Below, piece by piece: positions 50,707 through 62,293 of a stretch of 64,000 bases of DNA. Position numbers and translations under genes: made by a program. The DNA lies in assembly GCA_963719035.1 (NCBI GenBank), contig CAVRAO010000002.1, positions 736,001 through 800,000 of the forward strand, given 5' to 3'. The first letter of the stretch is position 1; each line of letters opens with the position of its first letter. The stretch is from Methanobacteriota archaeon (GTDB lineage Archaea; Halobacteriota; Bog-38; Methanoflorentales; Methanoflorentaceae). The notes under the pieces are model-generated. The model was not told the DNA's origin and did not search any database. It saw only the letters and a program-made list of their open reading frames with translations.

Positions 50707-50711
50707 CCGGT

Positions 50712-51370
50712 GTGACCGATGCGGTGCGCGACCTGACGCGGCACTATGAGGCCGTAGCTAGAAACGAGAAGATGGCTGCGGACGGGCTTCCAGAGCAAAG
50801 CCCAGGCCTTCGCCGGAGACGACATGGTGCCGAAGTCGAAGACCGCAGGCGTATGTGGGCAGAGGCTCGCGCTGCCGCTCATGCGGAAGTGAAGCGCTGT
50901 CAGGACGCGATGGAGGCGACGCTGAAGGTGCTCGACGCCACTCTGCAGGTCGCGGCTCTGCAGAAGCTCGACAAGAAGAGAGAGAGCGCGGCAAAGGAAG
51001 AGGTCATTCTGATCATAGGCGCCAGCTCTGAGCTCGCGCTGACTATCCTCGAGCTCGCGCAGCGCGACGATGACATCGCCGCGGTCGTCACCAACGGTAC
51101 CTGGCCCGAGTTCCTGCTGCGCTCCAAGGGCATCGGCGTGCAGCAGGCCAAGGACGCCGCCCAGCAGGCCGCCGGGTCGCGGCGGCGGCGGCAGCCACGT
51201 CGGCCGACCCGGTACGCCGCGCTGTCGGCGAAGCGATCAAGACGCTGGGCCCCGCGCTCGGCGGCGGCGGCGCCACCTACACCCTGACTCGGTTTGCCCT
51301 GGAGCACGCCGATGATGAGGCAGCGGCGCTTGGAGGCCTGGTCAGCGGCGATGGCGCCGGCGCGCAGTAG
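50712..51370 (+). CDS. Hypothetical alpha-helical protein of the insert; 5' end probably inside the converted tract; frameshifted
   Basis: GC3-rich codon usage. The upstream in-frame TAG at 50700 lies in the converted tract and could be CAG. Confidence 0.5.
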
Positions 51371-51390
51371 AACGGGAACGGCGACGGGTC

Positions 51391-53826
51391 GTGAACACCG
51401 TCGCCATACAGACCATCCCGGCAGAGCTGCGCAAGCTCCGGAACTGGGTGCTGTGGCGGCTTGAGCCGGACGAGAAGGGCAAATAGACCAAGATGCCGTA
51501 CCAGGTCGCCCACCCCGACCGCAAAGCCGCGAGTACGAGGGCCGCGACCTGGGCGACGTTCGACGATGCCGTGGCCGCGTTCGAGGACGGCCATGGTGAC
51601 GGCATCGGCTTCGTGGTCACCGGAACGAAGTACGCCGGCGTGATCTCGACGATGTAGTTCTCGAGACGGGCGAAGTATACTGCCCGAGGCCGCTGACATC
51701 ATCGCGGTGTTCGACACGTACACGGAGTTGAGCCAGTCGGGTAGAGGCGCGCACATCATCTTCGCCGGCGAGATGCCGGGGAAGAGCCGCAAGGTGCCCG
51801 GCGGCGAAGGCTGGGACATCGAGGCGTACTCGACCGGCCGCTACTTCTGCATGACCGGCAACGTCATCGGGCAGCACCACGACCTCCGCGATCGCCAGGA
51901 GGAGCTCGACTCCCTGCTGGCGACGTACTTCGCGAAGAAGCCCAAGGGCAGCAACGGCAACGGCGGCTTACTGCCTCGGACCGTGACCGCCGTGACCGCC
52001 AGCGACGCCCAACGAATCGAGATGATGATGGGCTCGCAGGACGGGAAGTTCGCCCGCGTCTGGGGCGGCGCCTGGGAGGGTGAGTTCACCAGCCAGAGCG
52101 AGGCCGACCTGTGGCTGTGCGGGCGGCTGTGCTTCTACACCTGGCAGGACACCGCCCGCATGGACGGCCTGTTCCGTTGTCAGGGCTCATGAGCGAGAAG
52201 TGGGACGAGCTGCACGGCGACAAGAGCTACGGCGCCGGCACGATCGAGAAAGCGATCAGCGGTCACACCGGGGGGTTCTACAAGGGCAAGCTCACCGCAC
52301 CGCCCGAGCTCGAGGTAGACGGTATTCCTGGGGAAGTCTTGCAAGAGACTGCGGCACCCGTCGCGATCCCCGAGCGCCCGGAAAAGGCGGCAAAGACGCC
52401 ACCCCAGGACAACGCCCCGGCGGCAGAGCCCTTCCACCTGACGGAGCTGGGCAACGCCGAGCGCCTGGCCGCCCGCCACAGGGGCCGTGTGTACGCCGTG
52501 CGCGGCATCGGGGAGCTACGCGGCTATGACCCCAAGCGTGGCATCTACACGACCGAGAACGGCCTCCTGCTGCGCTACGCGAAGGATGTGGTGCGCAGAT
52601 CTACGCCGAGACGAAAGACTTCCCCAGCGACTCTGAATCGCACGTGAAAAAGCGCAAGGACATCGCCGCCCACGCCGCCCGCAGTGAGTCGAAACGGGCC
52701 CTCGAGGCGATGCTCGGCCTGGCCCACTCGATGGTGGAGCTCGAGGCCGAGGCCGAGGACTTCGACGCGAACCCCGAGCTGCTCAACGCTCAGAGTCACG
52801 TGGTCGACCTCTCGAGCGGCGACGCACATCCGCACGATGCCAAGTACCGCATGACGAAGATAGGTCGTGTGCGGCTACACGCCCGGCGCCGCGACGCCGA
52901 TGTGGGACGCCTTCCTGGCGCGCATCTTCGACGGCGACCTGGAGACCGATCGACTTCATACAGCGCCTCTTCGGCTACGCCCTCACCGGCTACATCGGCG
53001 AGCAGATTCTTCGTGAATTTCCACGGCGCCGGCGCGAACGGCAAGAGTGTGCTCGTCGACGTGATGCAGGCCGCCATGGGCGACTACGCCGGCGTGGCGG
53101 CGCTGAAGACGTTCCTGCGGCACGGAGTCGAGCGCCGTGCGCACCGACCTGGCGACGCTCAACGGCCGCCGGCTGGTATCCACGAGTGAATCCGAACCGG
53201 GCAAGCTGATCGACGCCGCCACCATCAAGGTACTGACCAGCAAGCACGTCACCTGCCGGTTCAACTACGCGCGCGGCGAGACCACGTACACGCCACAGTA
53301 CCTCGTCATCCTGGACACCAACTTCAAGCCGCAGGTGCAGTGCGACGACTACGCGATAAAGCGCCGTGTGCTGCTGGTCCCGTTCGACGGTGCTGATCCC
53401 GAGCGCCGAGCAGGACAAGAAGCTCACCGAGAAGCTCATCGAGACCGAGCTCCCCGGCATCCTCGCCTGGGCGGTGGCCGGCGCGTCGACTACCTGAGGA
53501 ACGGGCTGCGCATCCCCGACAAGGTGCGCGCCGCCACCGACGCCTACCGCTGCGAGATGGACGCGCTCCACGACTTCTGGAACAAGACACTGACCTTCGA
53601 CAACCCCACGGCGCGCACCAGCGCGCAGACGCTACGCGAGACGCTGGAGGAGTGGGGCCGGGAGAACGGCATCGACAAGGACGACCTGCCGAAGGGCACC
53701 GAGTGGGGCCGGCAACTGCGTGAGCGCGGCGCCGAATCGTGCAAGATCCGGGTCGGTTCAAAGACCATGGCGGCCTGGCGAGGCGTTGAAATCGTCGGTT
53801 CTGACGTACAGGAAGAGCTCGAATGA
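51391..53826 (+). CDS. NrS-1-like primase-polymerase fused to D5/P4-family SF3 helicase (in-frame TAG at 51484, several frameshifts)
   Basis: IPAELRKLRNWVLWR, TWATFDDA, DGIGFV, TYTELSQSGRGAHI, IEAYSTGRYFCMTG, SQSEAD, SGLMSEKWD, HLTELGNAERL, Walker A GAGANGKS, DLATLNGRRLVSTSE. Confidence 0.85.
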
Positions 53827-53845
53827 CACCCGCCAGGCGCAAAAT

Positions 53846-53960
53846 GTTACCTCCCTCTAGGCTCGCGTTACCGACGTTACCTCTCCCCAGGTAACTTTGC
53901 TCCATATACCCCTCTACGCGGGAAGTCTTGGATGAGAGGTAACAGAGGTAACGAGGTAAC
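53846..53960. repeat. Inverted hexamer iteron array, putative replication origin
   Basis: GTTACC at 53846, 53867 and 53876; GGTAAC at 53890, 53938, 53947 and 53955; immediately after the helicase stop. Confidence 0.7.
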
Positions 53961-54293
53961 AGACGGGCGACCTCTGGCAGTGCGTCAGATCCTCACGTGC
54001 TTGCAGCGTGAGCACTGCCACGGCAACGGTGGCTGTCCGTACCAGGGCAGGTGCAACGGTGGGCCGGCTGAGTCGCTTGGAGTGACGCACGCGCTGATCG
54101 CGTACATCGAGGAGCTCGAGCGTGAGGCGTGCTCGTGTGAGGCAGGGTGCTCTTGCGTTCCTCGGAACGAAATAGCGTTCCGTGAGCGTTCCACATGAGC
54201 GCTCGAGACCGTATACGCTCGAACGAGAGTTTACAACGGTGCGTAATCAGGGTACAATTCCCCCACGATATACAGACGATACAGGGGGACACG

Positions 54294-55033
54294 ATGACAC
54301 GCCGGCACACCACACCTGACACTGCTGCGAGTGGTCCCGCCGTACTCTACGTCCGCGTGAGCACTGACGAGCAGGCGCGTACCGGCGTGAGTCTGGACGC
54401 GCAAGAGGAACGGCTGCGTGCGTACTGTACGATGCGCGGTCTGCCCGTCGTCACCGTGATCCGCGAAGAGGGCGTGTCGGCATCCAAGCCGCTGGCCAAG
54501 CGACCGGGCGGCGCACGCCTGCTCGGCATGATCGCTGCGGGCACCGTCACCAACGTCGTCGCCCTCAAACTGGACCGCCTGTTCCGCGACCTGGTAGACA
54601 CGATGACCACGGTCAACGCTTGGGACCGGGCCGGCGTTGGCCTCCACCTGGTCGACTTCGGCGGCAACGCGGTCGACGTCGGCACCGCGGTCGGCCGCCT
54701 GATGCTCGGCACGATCGCGGGCATCGCCCAGTTCGAGCGCGACGTCATCAGCGAGCGCACCGTCGCCGCCCTCGCCTACAAGCGCGACCACGGGCGCGCG
54801 TCCGGCACCGTGCCCTACGGCTACACCCGCGACGGCGACAACGTGGTGCCCGTCCCCGCCGAGCAGGCCACCATCGCCCAGGTGCAGGAGTGGCACGCCG
54901 CTGGTGACTCCCTGCGCAAGATCGCTGCCCGCCTCACCGCCGCCGGCACCCCACCAAGAACGGCGGCAAGTGGTGGCCGCGCACGGTGTCTTTGCTCCTG
55001 GACGATGACCTCGAGCACGCGAAGGAGAGCTGA
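54294..55033 (+). CDS. Serine recombinase: resolvase domain plus short recombinase-type C-terminus (frameshift near 54955)
   Basis: LYVRVSTDEQ, EEGVSA, RPG, KLDRLFR, AQFERDVISERT, VPYGY, SLRKIAARL; shifted tail TKNGGKWWPRTV. Confidence 0.88.
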
Positions 55034-55035
55034 CC

Positions 55036-55521
55036 ATGCCCAAGTGTGCCTGCTGCACCCACCCCAAGCTCGCCGACATCGACGCCGCCTGCGTCGCCGG
55101 CGAGTCCATCCGCACGATCGGCGAACGCTACGGCATGAGCCACACGGCCGTGCGGCGCCACAAGCGCGACCACATCAGCTCCGCCCTCGTCACCATGGCC
55201 GCTGCCGAGCGCGACAAGTCGGCGCTGGCCCGCGTGGAGCACCTGATCGAGCGCATGGAGCACCAGCTCGACCACGCCGAGGCGGCCGGGCAGGCTGGTA
55301 TCGCCCTCGCCGCCGGCGCGATGATCTGCGCCAACATCGAACTTTTGGCGAAGCTAACGCACGAGCTCGACACGCGGCCTCAACAGGTGACCGTCAACCT
55401 CATGACGTCTGAGGCGTACCTCGCTCTTCGCTCCGACCTCATGACCCGCCTCGAGCGCTGGCCCGAAGCCCGCGCCGATGTCATAGAAGGCGTGCTCGAG
55501 CTCGAGGCGCGCTACTCGTGA
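55036..55521 (+). CDS. HTH/Zn-motif protein, possible small terminase subunit
   Basis: CACCTHP, GESIRTIGERYGMSHTAVRRHKRDH; directly upstream of the terminase ATPase. Confidence 0.6.
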   Translation: MPKCACCTHPKLADIDAACVAGESIRTIGERYGMSHTAVRRHKRDHISSALVTMAAAERDKSALARVEHLIERMEHQLDHAEAAGQAGIALAAGAMICANIELLAKLTHELDTRPQQVTVNLMTSEAYLALRSDLMTRLERWPEARADVIEGVLELEARYS

Positions 55522-56277
55522 ACGGCATCTTCTCCGACATCGTCCGCGCCTCTCGCCCGTCGAGTTCTGCCGCAGCATCGGGTTCGAGCCGGACCCCTGG
55601 CAGCGCGACGTCCTGGAATCCCGGCACCCACGCATCCTGCTGAACGCCGCGCGCCAGACGGGAAAGTCGTGGGTCTCCGCCGCCAAGGCGGTTCATGTGG
55701 CGGTGTTCGAGCCCGGTAGCCTCGTGCTGGTCGTGGCGCCGTCGCTGCGCCAGTCACAGGAGCTCTACCTCAAGACCGCACCATCGCCCGCAGCATGGAC
55801 GGCGGCGCCCGCCGGCCGACTCCGAGTCCGCCAGCGTGTGGACCCTCTCCAACGGCTCGCGGGTGGCGTGCTTGCCGGGCTCGGAGCAGACCATCCGCGC
55901 GTTCTCGAGTGTCCGGCTCCTTCTGCTCGATGAGGCGTCCCGCATCGAGGACGCGACTGTCACCGCGTGCAGGCCGTTCCTCGCCGTCAGCGGCGGCCAG
56001 ATGATCGACGCTCTCCACGCCGGCCGGCTGCCGCGGGGCCTGGTACGAGATGTGGGAGAACGGTGGCAACGCCTACGAGCGCTACCGCGTCCCTGCCTCG
56101 GACTGCCCGCGCATGACCCCGGAGTTTCTCGCCGCCGAGCTCTCCGCCCTTGGCCAGCACATGTGGGACCAGGAGTACGCCTGCAGCTTCGTCTCGGGCA
56201 GCTTCGCCCTCTTCGATGAGGCTGCTCTGCAGGCCGTCTTCACCACCCAGTTCGCCCCCACCCTGACTGGAGCGTGA
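55518..56277 (+). CDS. Terminase large subunit, ATPase domain (frameshifted)
   Basis: PDPWQRDVL, NAARQTGKS (Walker A), VVAPSLRQS, NGSRV, LLLLDEASRI (Walker B), QEYACSF. Confidence 0.85.
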
Positions 56278-56280
56278 CCT

Positions 56281-57032
56281 ATGGCCAACTACGTCATCGG
56301 CTTCGACATCGGCAAGGCGGTCGACCCCTCTGCCTGCGTGGTCGTCGAGCGCTACCACGTGATCGCGGCCCCGTTCGACCCGCGCCCGCCGGAGCAGCGC
56401 TTCGAGTGGTACCCCAGCGACGACCTCGGCGAGCCGCAGACCGTCGACCACTTCCGCATCGCCCACCTCATGGAGCTCAAGCACACGCCCTACGAGGCGC
56501 AGATCGACGCGCTCTCCGAGCTCATGTCGACCCCCGAGCTGCGCGGCGACGCCTGGCTCGTCTACGACTCCACCGGCGTGGGCGCCGCCTTCGGCGCCAT
56601 GGTCGACGTCGCCTGGCGCGAGGGCCGTCTGGGGCGCCACTTCTGGCCGCTGGGGAGCAGCATCGTCGCCGGCGACGGGCGCCCCGGCAGCGACGTCGGC
56701 ACCTGGCAGAAGACGGTGAAGAAGGTCGACTGGTGGCCACGCTGCGCCTGGTGCTCGAGGAGAAGCGCGTGCACATCGCCGTGGGCCTGCCCGGATGCGA
56801 GCAGTGGCTCAAAGAGATGCGCTCCTTCACCGCCAAGCCGCAGACCACCGGCAACTACACCTATGAGAACGCCACCGCGAGCACACATGACGACTACGTG
56901 ATCGCGACGATGTACGCCGTGCACTTCCACAACTGGCAGTCCGAGCCGCGCTACCTCGACCCCGCCACCGGCGAGCTGCGCGAGAAGCCCGGCCACATCG
57001 CTACCTACCCGCTCATCCACGTCCCCGAGTGA
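56281..57032 (+). CDS. Terminase RNase H-like nuclease domain as a separate ORF (frameshift near 56730)
   Basis: YVIGFDIGKAVDPSA, VYDSTGVG, HDDYVIA; GGAG before the ATG. Confidence 0.75.
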
Positions 57033-57041
57033 AAGGAACAC

Positions 57042-57361
57042 CATGGCCATCACAGTACAGAACTTGCTGACAGGGGAGCAGCGGACCACGGCGGACCAAG
57101 ACAAGATCGTCTGGTACCTGCTCCACCAAGACACCTGGGCGATCCTGGTCCCCGACGCCGACCCCGGAGCGTGACACCATGACCGATAAACGCACGCGCA
57201 CGTACCAGCATGGGCTTTCGACGGAGATCCGCACCGTCGGCCCCGAGGAATTCGACTGGTACGAGAACAACCCGCCCTGGTACCGCATCGAGCCGACCAA
57301 GAAGCCCGAGGCGTACCCGCCGTCGCAGCGGCCGGCCAAGGCCGCGAAGCCCAAGGCCTGA
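57042..57361 (+). CDS. Two small hypothetical ORFs (about 57042..57173 and 57179..57361)
   Basis: AAAGGA RBS before ATG 57042; GC3-rich codons; closely spaced. Confidence 0.45.
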
Positions 57362-57402
57362 CCGCCTGAGGATCGCGTGGGGTACGTCGGTACCGACGCG
57401 AC

Positions 57403-57438
57403 GAGGCCCGCCGCCTATGTGTCGGGGCGGCGGGCCTC
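57403..57438 (+). terminator. GC-rich hairpin at the end of the insert's operon
   Basis: GAGGCCCGCCGCC, 10-nt loop, GGCGGCGGGCCTC form a perfect 13-bp stem; weak U tail. Confidence 0.6.
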
Positions 57439-57588
57439 TCTACGTTGTATCTGTCCGGGCGGCGGCGTAGCCTGTCCCCGGCAACCGGTCACGAAGTCCA
57501 GCGAGGCGCGGCGCTAAACGCGACTCGCGCAGCGGCCGCCCTTACCGGGGCGGCCGCTCGCGTGTTCGGGGCCCTACTCCTACCCTCT

Positions 57589-58305
57589 GACGCGCTGAAA
57601 GGCGCTAAAAACGGCCTCTACGTGCCACGTAATAAAGAAAGGTTTCAAGAAGATGGGCCCGGCACGCTGCTTGAGCACTTTGTAAAAGAGGGACCTTCCA
57701 ACGAGGTCATCAGCACGGACTATTGGACGCCCGAACTGATCAAGAAACTCGAAGTGACGGCCTTGCTCGGTGGAGTGCAAAGTGCCGTGAAGCACGTCAA
57801 TCTAGCTGGCCGAAAGCGTTTGCTCGACATAGGCGGCGGACACGGGCTCTACAGCATCTTCTTTACGAAAAAACATCCGGAATTGCGAGCATGTGTCCTC
57901 GATTTACCTCAAGTCATCAAGGTGACAAATGAAAACATCAAGCGTTACGATGCAGCCGAGAGCGTGCGCGCAATCGCCGGGGACTATCACACCTTCAGCA
58001 CAACTGAACGTTTTGACGCGGTGTTCTTAAGTAATGTCACTCCGTCACCAAGTGAACTGCGTTTACTGCTCAACAAGTCGCGCAGTTTCCTCAGCGACGG
58101 CGGCGTCGTCATCCTCCGAAGCTTCATATCTGACAGCACGCCAGATGTCTGGTCAGCAGCAATCACGCTCGAGCGGTACGCACGACGCGGCCAGCGTGGC
58201 TTTGCCCGCAACGACCTGGTTGCTGCGTTGCATGAAACGGAGTTTACTGACGTGAAAGACGTTTATGCGGCTGAGGGTGTCGTCATCATGTGCGCGACAA
58301 AGTGA
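57589..58305 (+). pseudogene. 3' part (SAM-binding domain) of the interrupted O-methyltransferase
   Basis: RLLDIGGGHGLYS, VLDLPQV, IAGDY, FDAVFLSNV. Same frame as 49012; the joined product is 338 aa. Confidence 0.85.
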
Positions 58306-58450
58306 GCGTCCAACGCACACGACACGTTGACAGACCGGGTACCATTGCTTGCGCGTGGAGGGCCGCCTCGAGACATCTGCCCCCTTCTTTTACGTCTTCC
58401 AGTTGTCCGGCGGTTATTTCCACGACGATTGCGGAGGGACTCCGAAAGCC

Positions 58451-58816
58451 TTACCCCCGGTCTTTATAGACTTCGTCAGGATCGAACACTTTTTTTCCAA
58501 TTATCGTCCCGTCGATGGTCCTAAAGAAGCACGATCGGAAGCCCGTGTGGCAGGCTGCTTTCACTTGATTCACCTTTATTACAAGTGCGTCGCTGTCACA
58601 GTCAACTAAGATCTCCTTTACCCATTGAAAGTGGCCCGACACCTCCCCCTTTTTCCAAACTCGCCGATTTTTTCGGCTCCAATAGTGCACGTAGCCCGTC
58701 TTTCGGGTCAACTCGAACGCGTCCTCGTTCATAAAGGCGATCATCAGCACTTCGCCAGTCTCATTGTCCTGTGCAGCTACAGGAATAATACCATTCTTAA
58801 AATTAAGCTCCACCAT
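58451..58816 (-). CDS. hisI: Phosphoribosyl-AMP cyclohydrolase
   Basis: GEVLMIAFMN, YWSRK, WKKGEVSGH, DCDSDAL, ACHTGFRSCF. Confidence 0.95.
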   Translation of the reverse strand: MVELNFKNGIIPVAAQDNETGEVLMIAFMNEDAFELTRKTGYVHYWSRKNRRVWKKGEVSGHFQWVKEILVDCDSDALVIKVNQVKAACHTGFRSCFFRTIDGTIIGKKVFDPDEVYKDRG

Positions 58817-58838
58817 GCGTGATTCCTCAGTGACGGGC

Positions 58839-59315
58839 TTAGCTCGATGCACGCCTCGTGTACATTGATCGTGTCTCTTGAAGGGTATCACCGTCTGATA
58901 CAATGCCAGCGTCGACTATACTGCCCACAACGACGACGTGGTCGCCAGCCTCTTTGCTCCACTTGACGCTGCAGTCCACGAATGCCAAACAGTCCTTAAG
59001 GATGGGCGAACCCGTGCTTCCCAGCTCGTACAACGTCTCAGTAAACTTGTCAACTTTCCTGCCTGAACTCTTGCCGAAAAGATCCACGAGCTCCGCCTGA
59101 TCGGCTCTAAGAATGTTGATGGCGAACGCGTTGCTGTTTGTGACAAGGTCGTACGTGTAATGCAAAGGGTTCATGGCAACCATAACCAACGGCGGGACAA
59201 ATGACACCTGCGTTATCCAGCTTGCGATGAAGCCGCTCACATGACCGTTATAGCAGGCCGTGATGATCGCTATAGGGTTGATCAGTTTCCATAATGCGGT
59301 TTGTATGACATTCAT
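58839..59315 (-). CDS. Flavin reductase family protein
   Basis: SWITQVSFVPPLV, FGKSSGRKVDKF, GSPIL, AGDHVVVVG. Confidence 0.9.
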   Translation of the reverse strand: MNVIQTALWKLINPIAIITACYNGHVSGFIASWITQVSFVPPLVMVAMNPLHYTYDLVTNSNAFAINILRADQAELVDLFGKSSGRKVDKFTETLYELGSTGSPILKDCLAFVDCSVKWSKEAGDHVVVVGSIVDAGIVSDGDTLQETRSMYTRRASS

Positions 59316-59343
59316 GACGTCCTCTCCTGAACTTGTGGTACAC

Positions 59344-60573
59344 TTACGTGTTACTTAGCACGCGGTTTATGATCTGCTCGACGTCGAGTAACTCTTGCTC
59401 GCCTGTTTTTAGATTTCGCAGCGTGAGCTTCGAGGTCTGCATCTCTTTCTTTCCGATGATGACCGCATAGTCAAAGCCCGCACTGTTTGCGTACGCCAAT
59501 TGCGCACGAACGGTTCTGTCCATAACGTCTATATCCGTTACAAGACGAGATCGCAGTTCATTCGCGACGTGAAGCGCGTAAATGCGTGCGTCGTTAGTCG
59601 GCACCACTAAGAGCCGCGGCGGTTCTGGCACCTGGGGATTGACAGCGTCTATTATCCTATCAAATCCAATGCCAAAGCCGGTCGATGGCACCTCCTCCCC
59701 GCCAAAGAGGTGGGCAAGCCGATATGAGCCTCCGCCCAATACCTGATTCTGAGCGCCGAGCGCGCCTGAGTACGCCTCAAAGACGATTCCCGTGTAGTAT
59801 TCCAAGCCCCGCGCGATGCCGAAGTCAACAGTATACGAAACCGCGAGCGTATCGAGCAGCTCAAGAACGCGCATAAGGTGGTCAAGCGCAACGATATTTT
59901 GCGCTTCGCTTAACGGATCCGCAGCTGAGATGAGGTCAACTGCGCGGTCCCCACCCGGGAGCTCCCCGAGGCGATCGAAGTCCCCTTTGTCGATAAGGCG
60001 CATGGCAAGAGCGCACGTTTCATCGTCGACATCACAAAAAATCGCTCTGAGCACATCTAGAGAGCCGACATGTATGTTGGCGTCGAGCGCGACGCCCCTC
60101 AGCATGCAGTGTGCGAGGGCGATGACCTCGGCGTCCGCTTCCGGAAGTGCGCTTCCTATGAGCTCGATTCCGAACTGCCAGAACTGACGGTATCGTCCTG
60201 ATTGCGGTCGCTCATACCGAAAGCAATCGCCAAAATAATAGAGCTTGAGCGGCTTGGGGGCAGACTGGAGCTCGTTGACGTATAGGCGAGCGACCGGAGC
60301 GGTGAGTTCGGGTCGCAACGCCAACAACCTGCCGCCTTTGTCCGTAAAGCTGTAGAGCTCGTCGACAATCGCCTCGCCCGATTTGAGGGTAAAAAGCTCC
60401 AACGGTTCGAAAGCAGGGGTGGCGACCTCGCGATATCCCCACCGTTCAGCCACGTCTCTAAAGCGCGATTCGACGAAGCGCCGCCGCCTCATTTCCGCGG
60501 GTAAGAGATCCCGCGTGCCGCGGGGTCGCGCAAGTGGCGTTTTCTTCCCTGCCATCGTTTGTGGATCGCTCAC
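59344..60573 (-). CDS. hisS: Histidine-tRNA ligase
   Basis: RPRGTRD, LRPELTAPVAR, FRYERPQSGRYRQF, RGLEYYTG, GFGIGFDR. Confidence 0.96.
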   Translation of the reverse strand: MSDPQTMAGKKTPLARPRGTRDLLPAEMRRRRFVESRFRDVAERWGYREVATPAFEPLELFTLKSGEAIVDELYSFTDKGGRLLALRPELTAPVARLYVNELQSAPKPLKLYYFGDCFRYERPQSGRYRQFWQFGIELIGSALPEADAEVIALAHCMLRGVALDANIHVGSLDVLRAIFCDVDDETCALAMRLIDKGDFDRLGELPGGDRAVDLISAADPLSEAQNIVALDHLMRVLELLDTLAVSYTVDFGIARGLEYYTGIVFEAYSGALGAQNQVLGGGSYRLAHLFGGEEVPSTGFGIGFDRIIDAVNPQVPEPPRLLVVPTNDARIYALHVANELRSRLVTDIDVMDRTVRAQLAYANSAGFDYAVIIGKKEMQTSKLTLRNLKTGEQELLDVEQIINRVLSNT

Positions 60574-60761
60574 CTTCGCCTCACCCCATTTCTTCCGTTT
60601 AATCGCACGCTCTGCACCTACAAAGACTTAGATAGCTTATTAATTATTGCTCTTGCGTTGCTTACGGGAACGTTCTCGGTGCCGATGCGTGTTACATGCG
60701 CGTTGTTTCTTCAAGAACTGCTCTCAAGAAGTTCGGACGTCTCCATCCTCAGCACGTTACG

Positions 60762-61905
60762 TTAAAGCATTCCAATCGCCTGTGTAAGCCGTTCAAACGC
60801 GTCGAGCGGCAACAAGTTGGTCGGTAAAACAGCAAGACAATACAGATAGCCCGCAACACAAAGCAGCGCTAACGGGATAAGGAAATAAATGCGTCTTTTT
60901 GGCATAAGCGCGTCAAAGCCGATAATCAGCGCAAATGGCGCAATGGGGAGCAAGTACCGACTGATATCCTCGTGGAGCACGAATAGCACCGGCACGAACA
61001 TGAAGAGCGCGTAGAGGAAGAGCTCCCGGTACCCCTTCTGATAGAGCTGGACGATCCCGATGCCATAGATGAAAAAGAGGATGACGTAAAGTTCAGCCGC
61101 AAACGCGCTGCTGCTTTCGGCCATTACGGCGTGTGTAGGAATGGTCAGCAAGGGAATGTCCAGAAGCGCTTGGTTCACAGCAAAATAGGCGAAGAAGTTG
61201 CCGAGCGAGTACGCATAAAACGAGAACAGCAGTAACAAGGAGGCTGGAATGGCGAGGGCCAACGCAAACCTCCGCGCTGTCAGTTTCTTGTTCCACAGCC
61301 ACACACCAATCAATACAGGGAAGGTGATGATCCCCCATATTCTCGTGAGCGTCGCAAAAGCCCCCAAAAGGGTGGATTTTGTCGATTCGTCCTTCTTTAA
61401 GAAATAGAGCATCAACAGCGTGAGCAGGATGAAGAGTGGATCCGATGCGCCGATGCTCCGGTAGAGGAACCACCGGGGCGGAAAGAAGAGGAACAACAGC
61501 GCCGAGGAAAAAGGATCGTGCACGAGTTTGAACCTCGCTATGAGGAAGTAAAAAACGACGACTGCTGCTGCTGAGATTGCAAGATTCGCGACGAGCATCG
61601 CGACAAAGGGCGACAACGCCAGCGAGAAGATCCAGATCGCAACCGCATAGCCAGGCAAGTGCGCGGCATAGTACCTGTGCGGGCAAGAAGTACGCGCTGT
61701 AAAGCGGCGACGCCGGAGCATAGAACGTTTTTGAAACGACGACGTATAACGGTCCGTCGTAGTACCGCTCAAGCACCTGCATCCCTGTGACAGGCAGCTT
61801 CACGCCTAGAACAGCGTCAACGTTGAGGGCGAAGGGAAGGTACAAGAGCAGCGATGAGATGACAGAAACAGCGACGAGGATGACAACCTCAGTTCTCTCT
61901 TTCAT
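60762..61905 (-). CDS. GT-C fold (mannosyltransferase-like) membrane protein (frameshift near 61680)
   Basis: YDGPLY, SDPLF, ATLTRIWG, RYLLPIAPF; many TM helices. Confidence 0.65.
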
Positions 61906-62293
61906 ATCTCGCGTCGGCGCGCGGTATGACGCCGGTTCCTACGATTTGTCCCTTAAGGTCTAAAACAAGGGGGCGCGCTTAATAAGCATTATGATGCGCC
62001 CAGTTCCTCAACGGGTAAGGACTGCACAATGCGCTTGGTGATTCGCTTCAAATCAGTAAAAAAACGCTCCCTACAACGGTCAATCAGAGTTCTCCACCTT
62101 CGTGCCGTTAACCTCGGCCGGAGTCCGTTTCAGTGTGGCCGTAGCGGTTCGTTTCATGCTGCCCGCCCACGCATCGTCGCTGCTCGCGCCGATTGCGGCT
62201 GTCTTCTCCGACGTGAAACGTCAATTTCCAGAAAACCGCCTATGTTCTCTTCGAGGTTACATATTTATCATCAGCGCTAAAACAATACCCCAG

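Noticed and set aside
57445-57588. N-terminus of the 286-aa ORF 57445..58305 as part of the methyltransferase
   Set aside because: It is GC-rich insert sequence that happens to be open in frame; host-like sequence starts near 57589.
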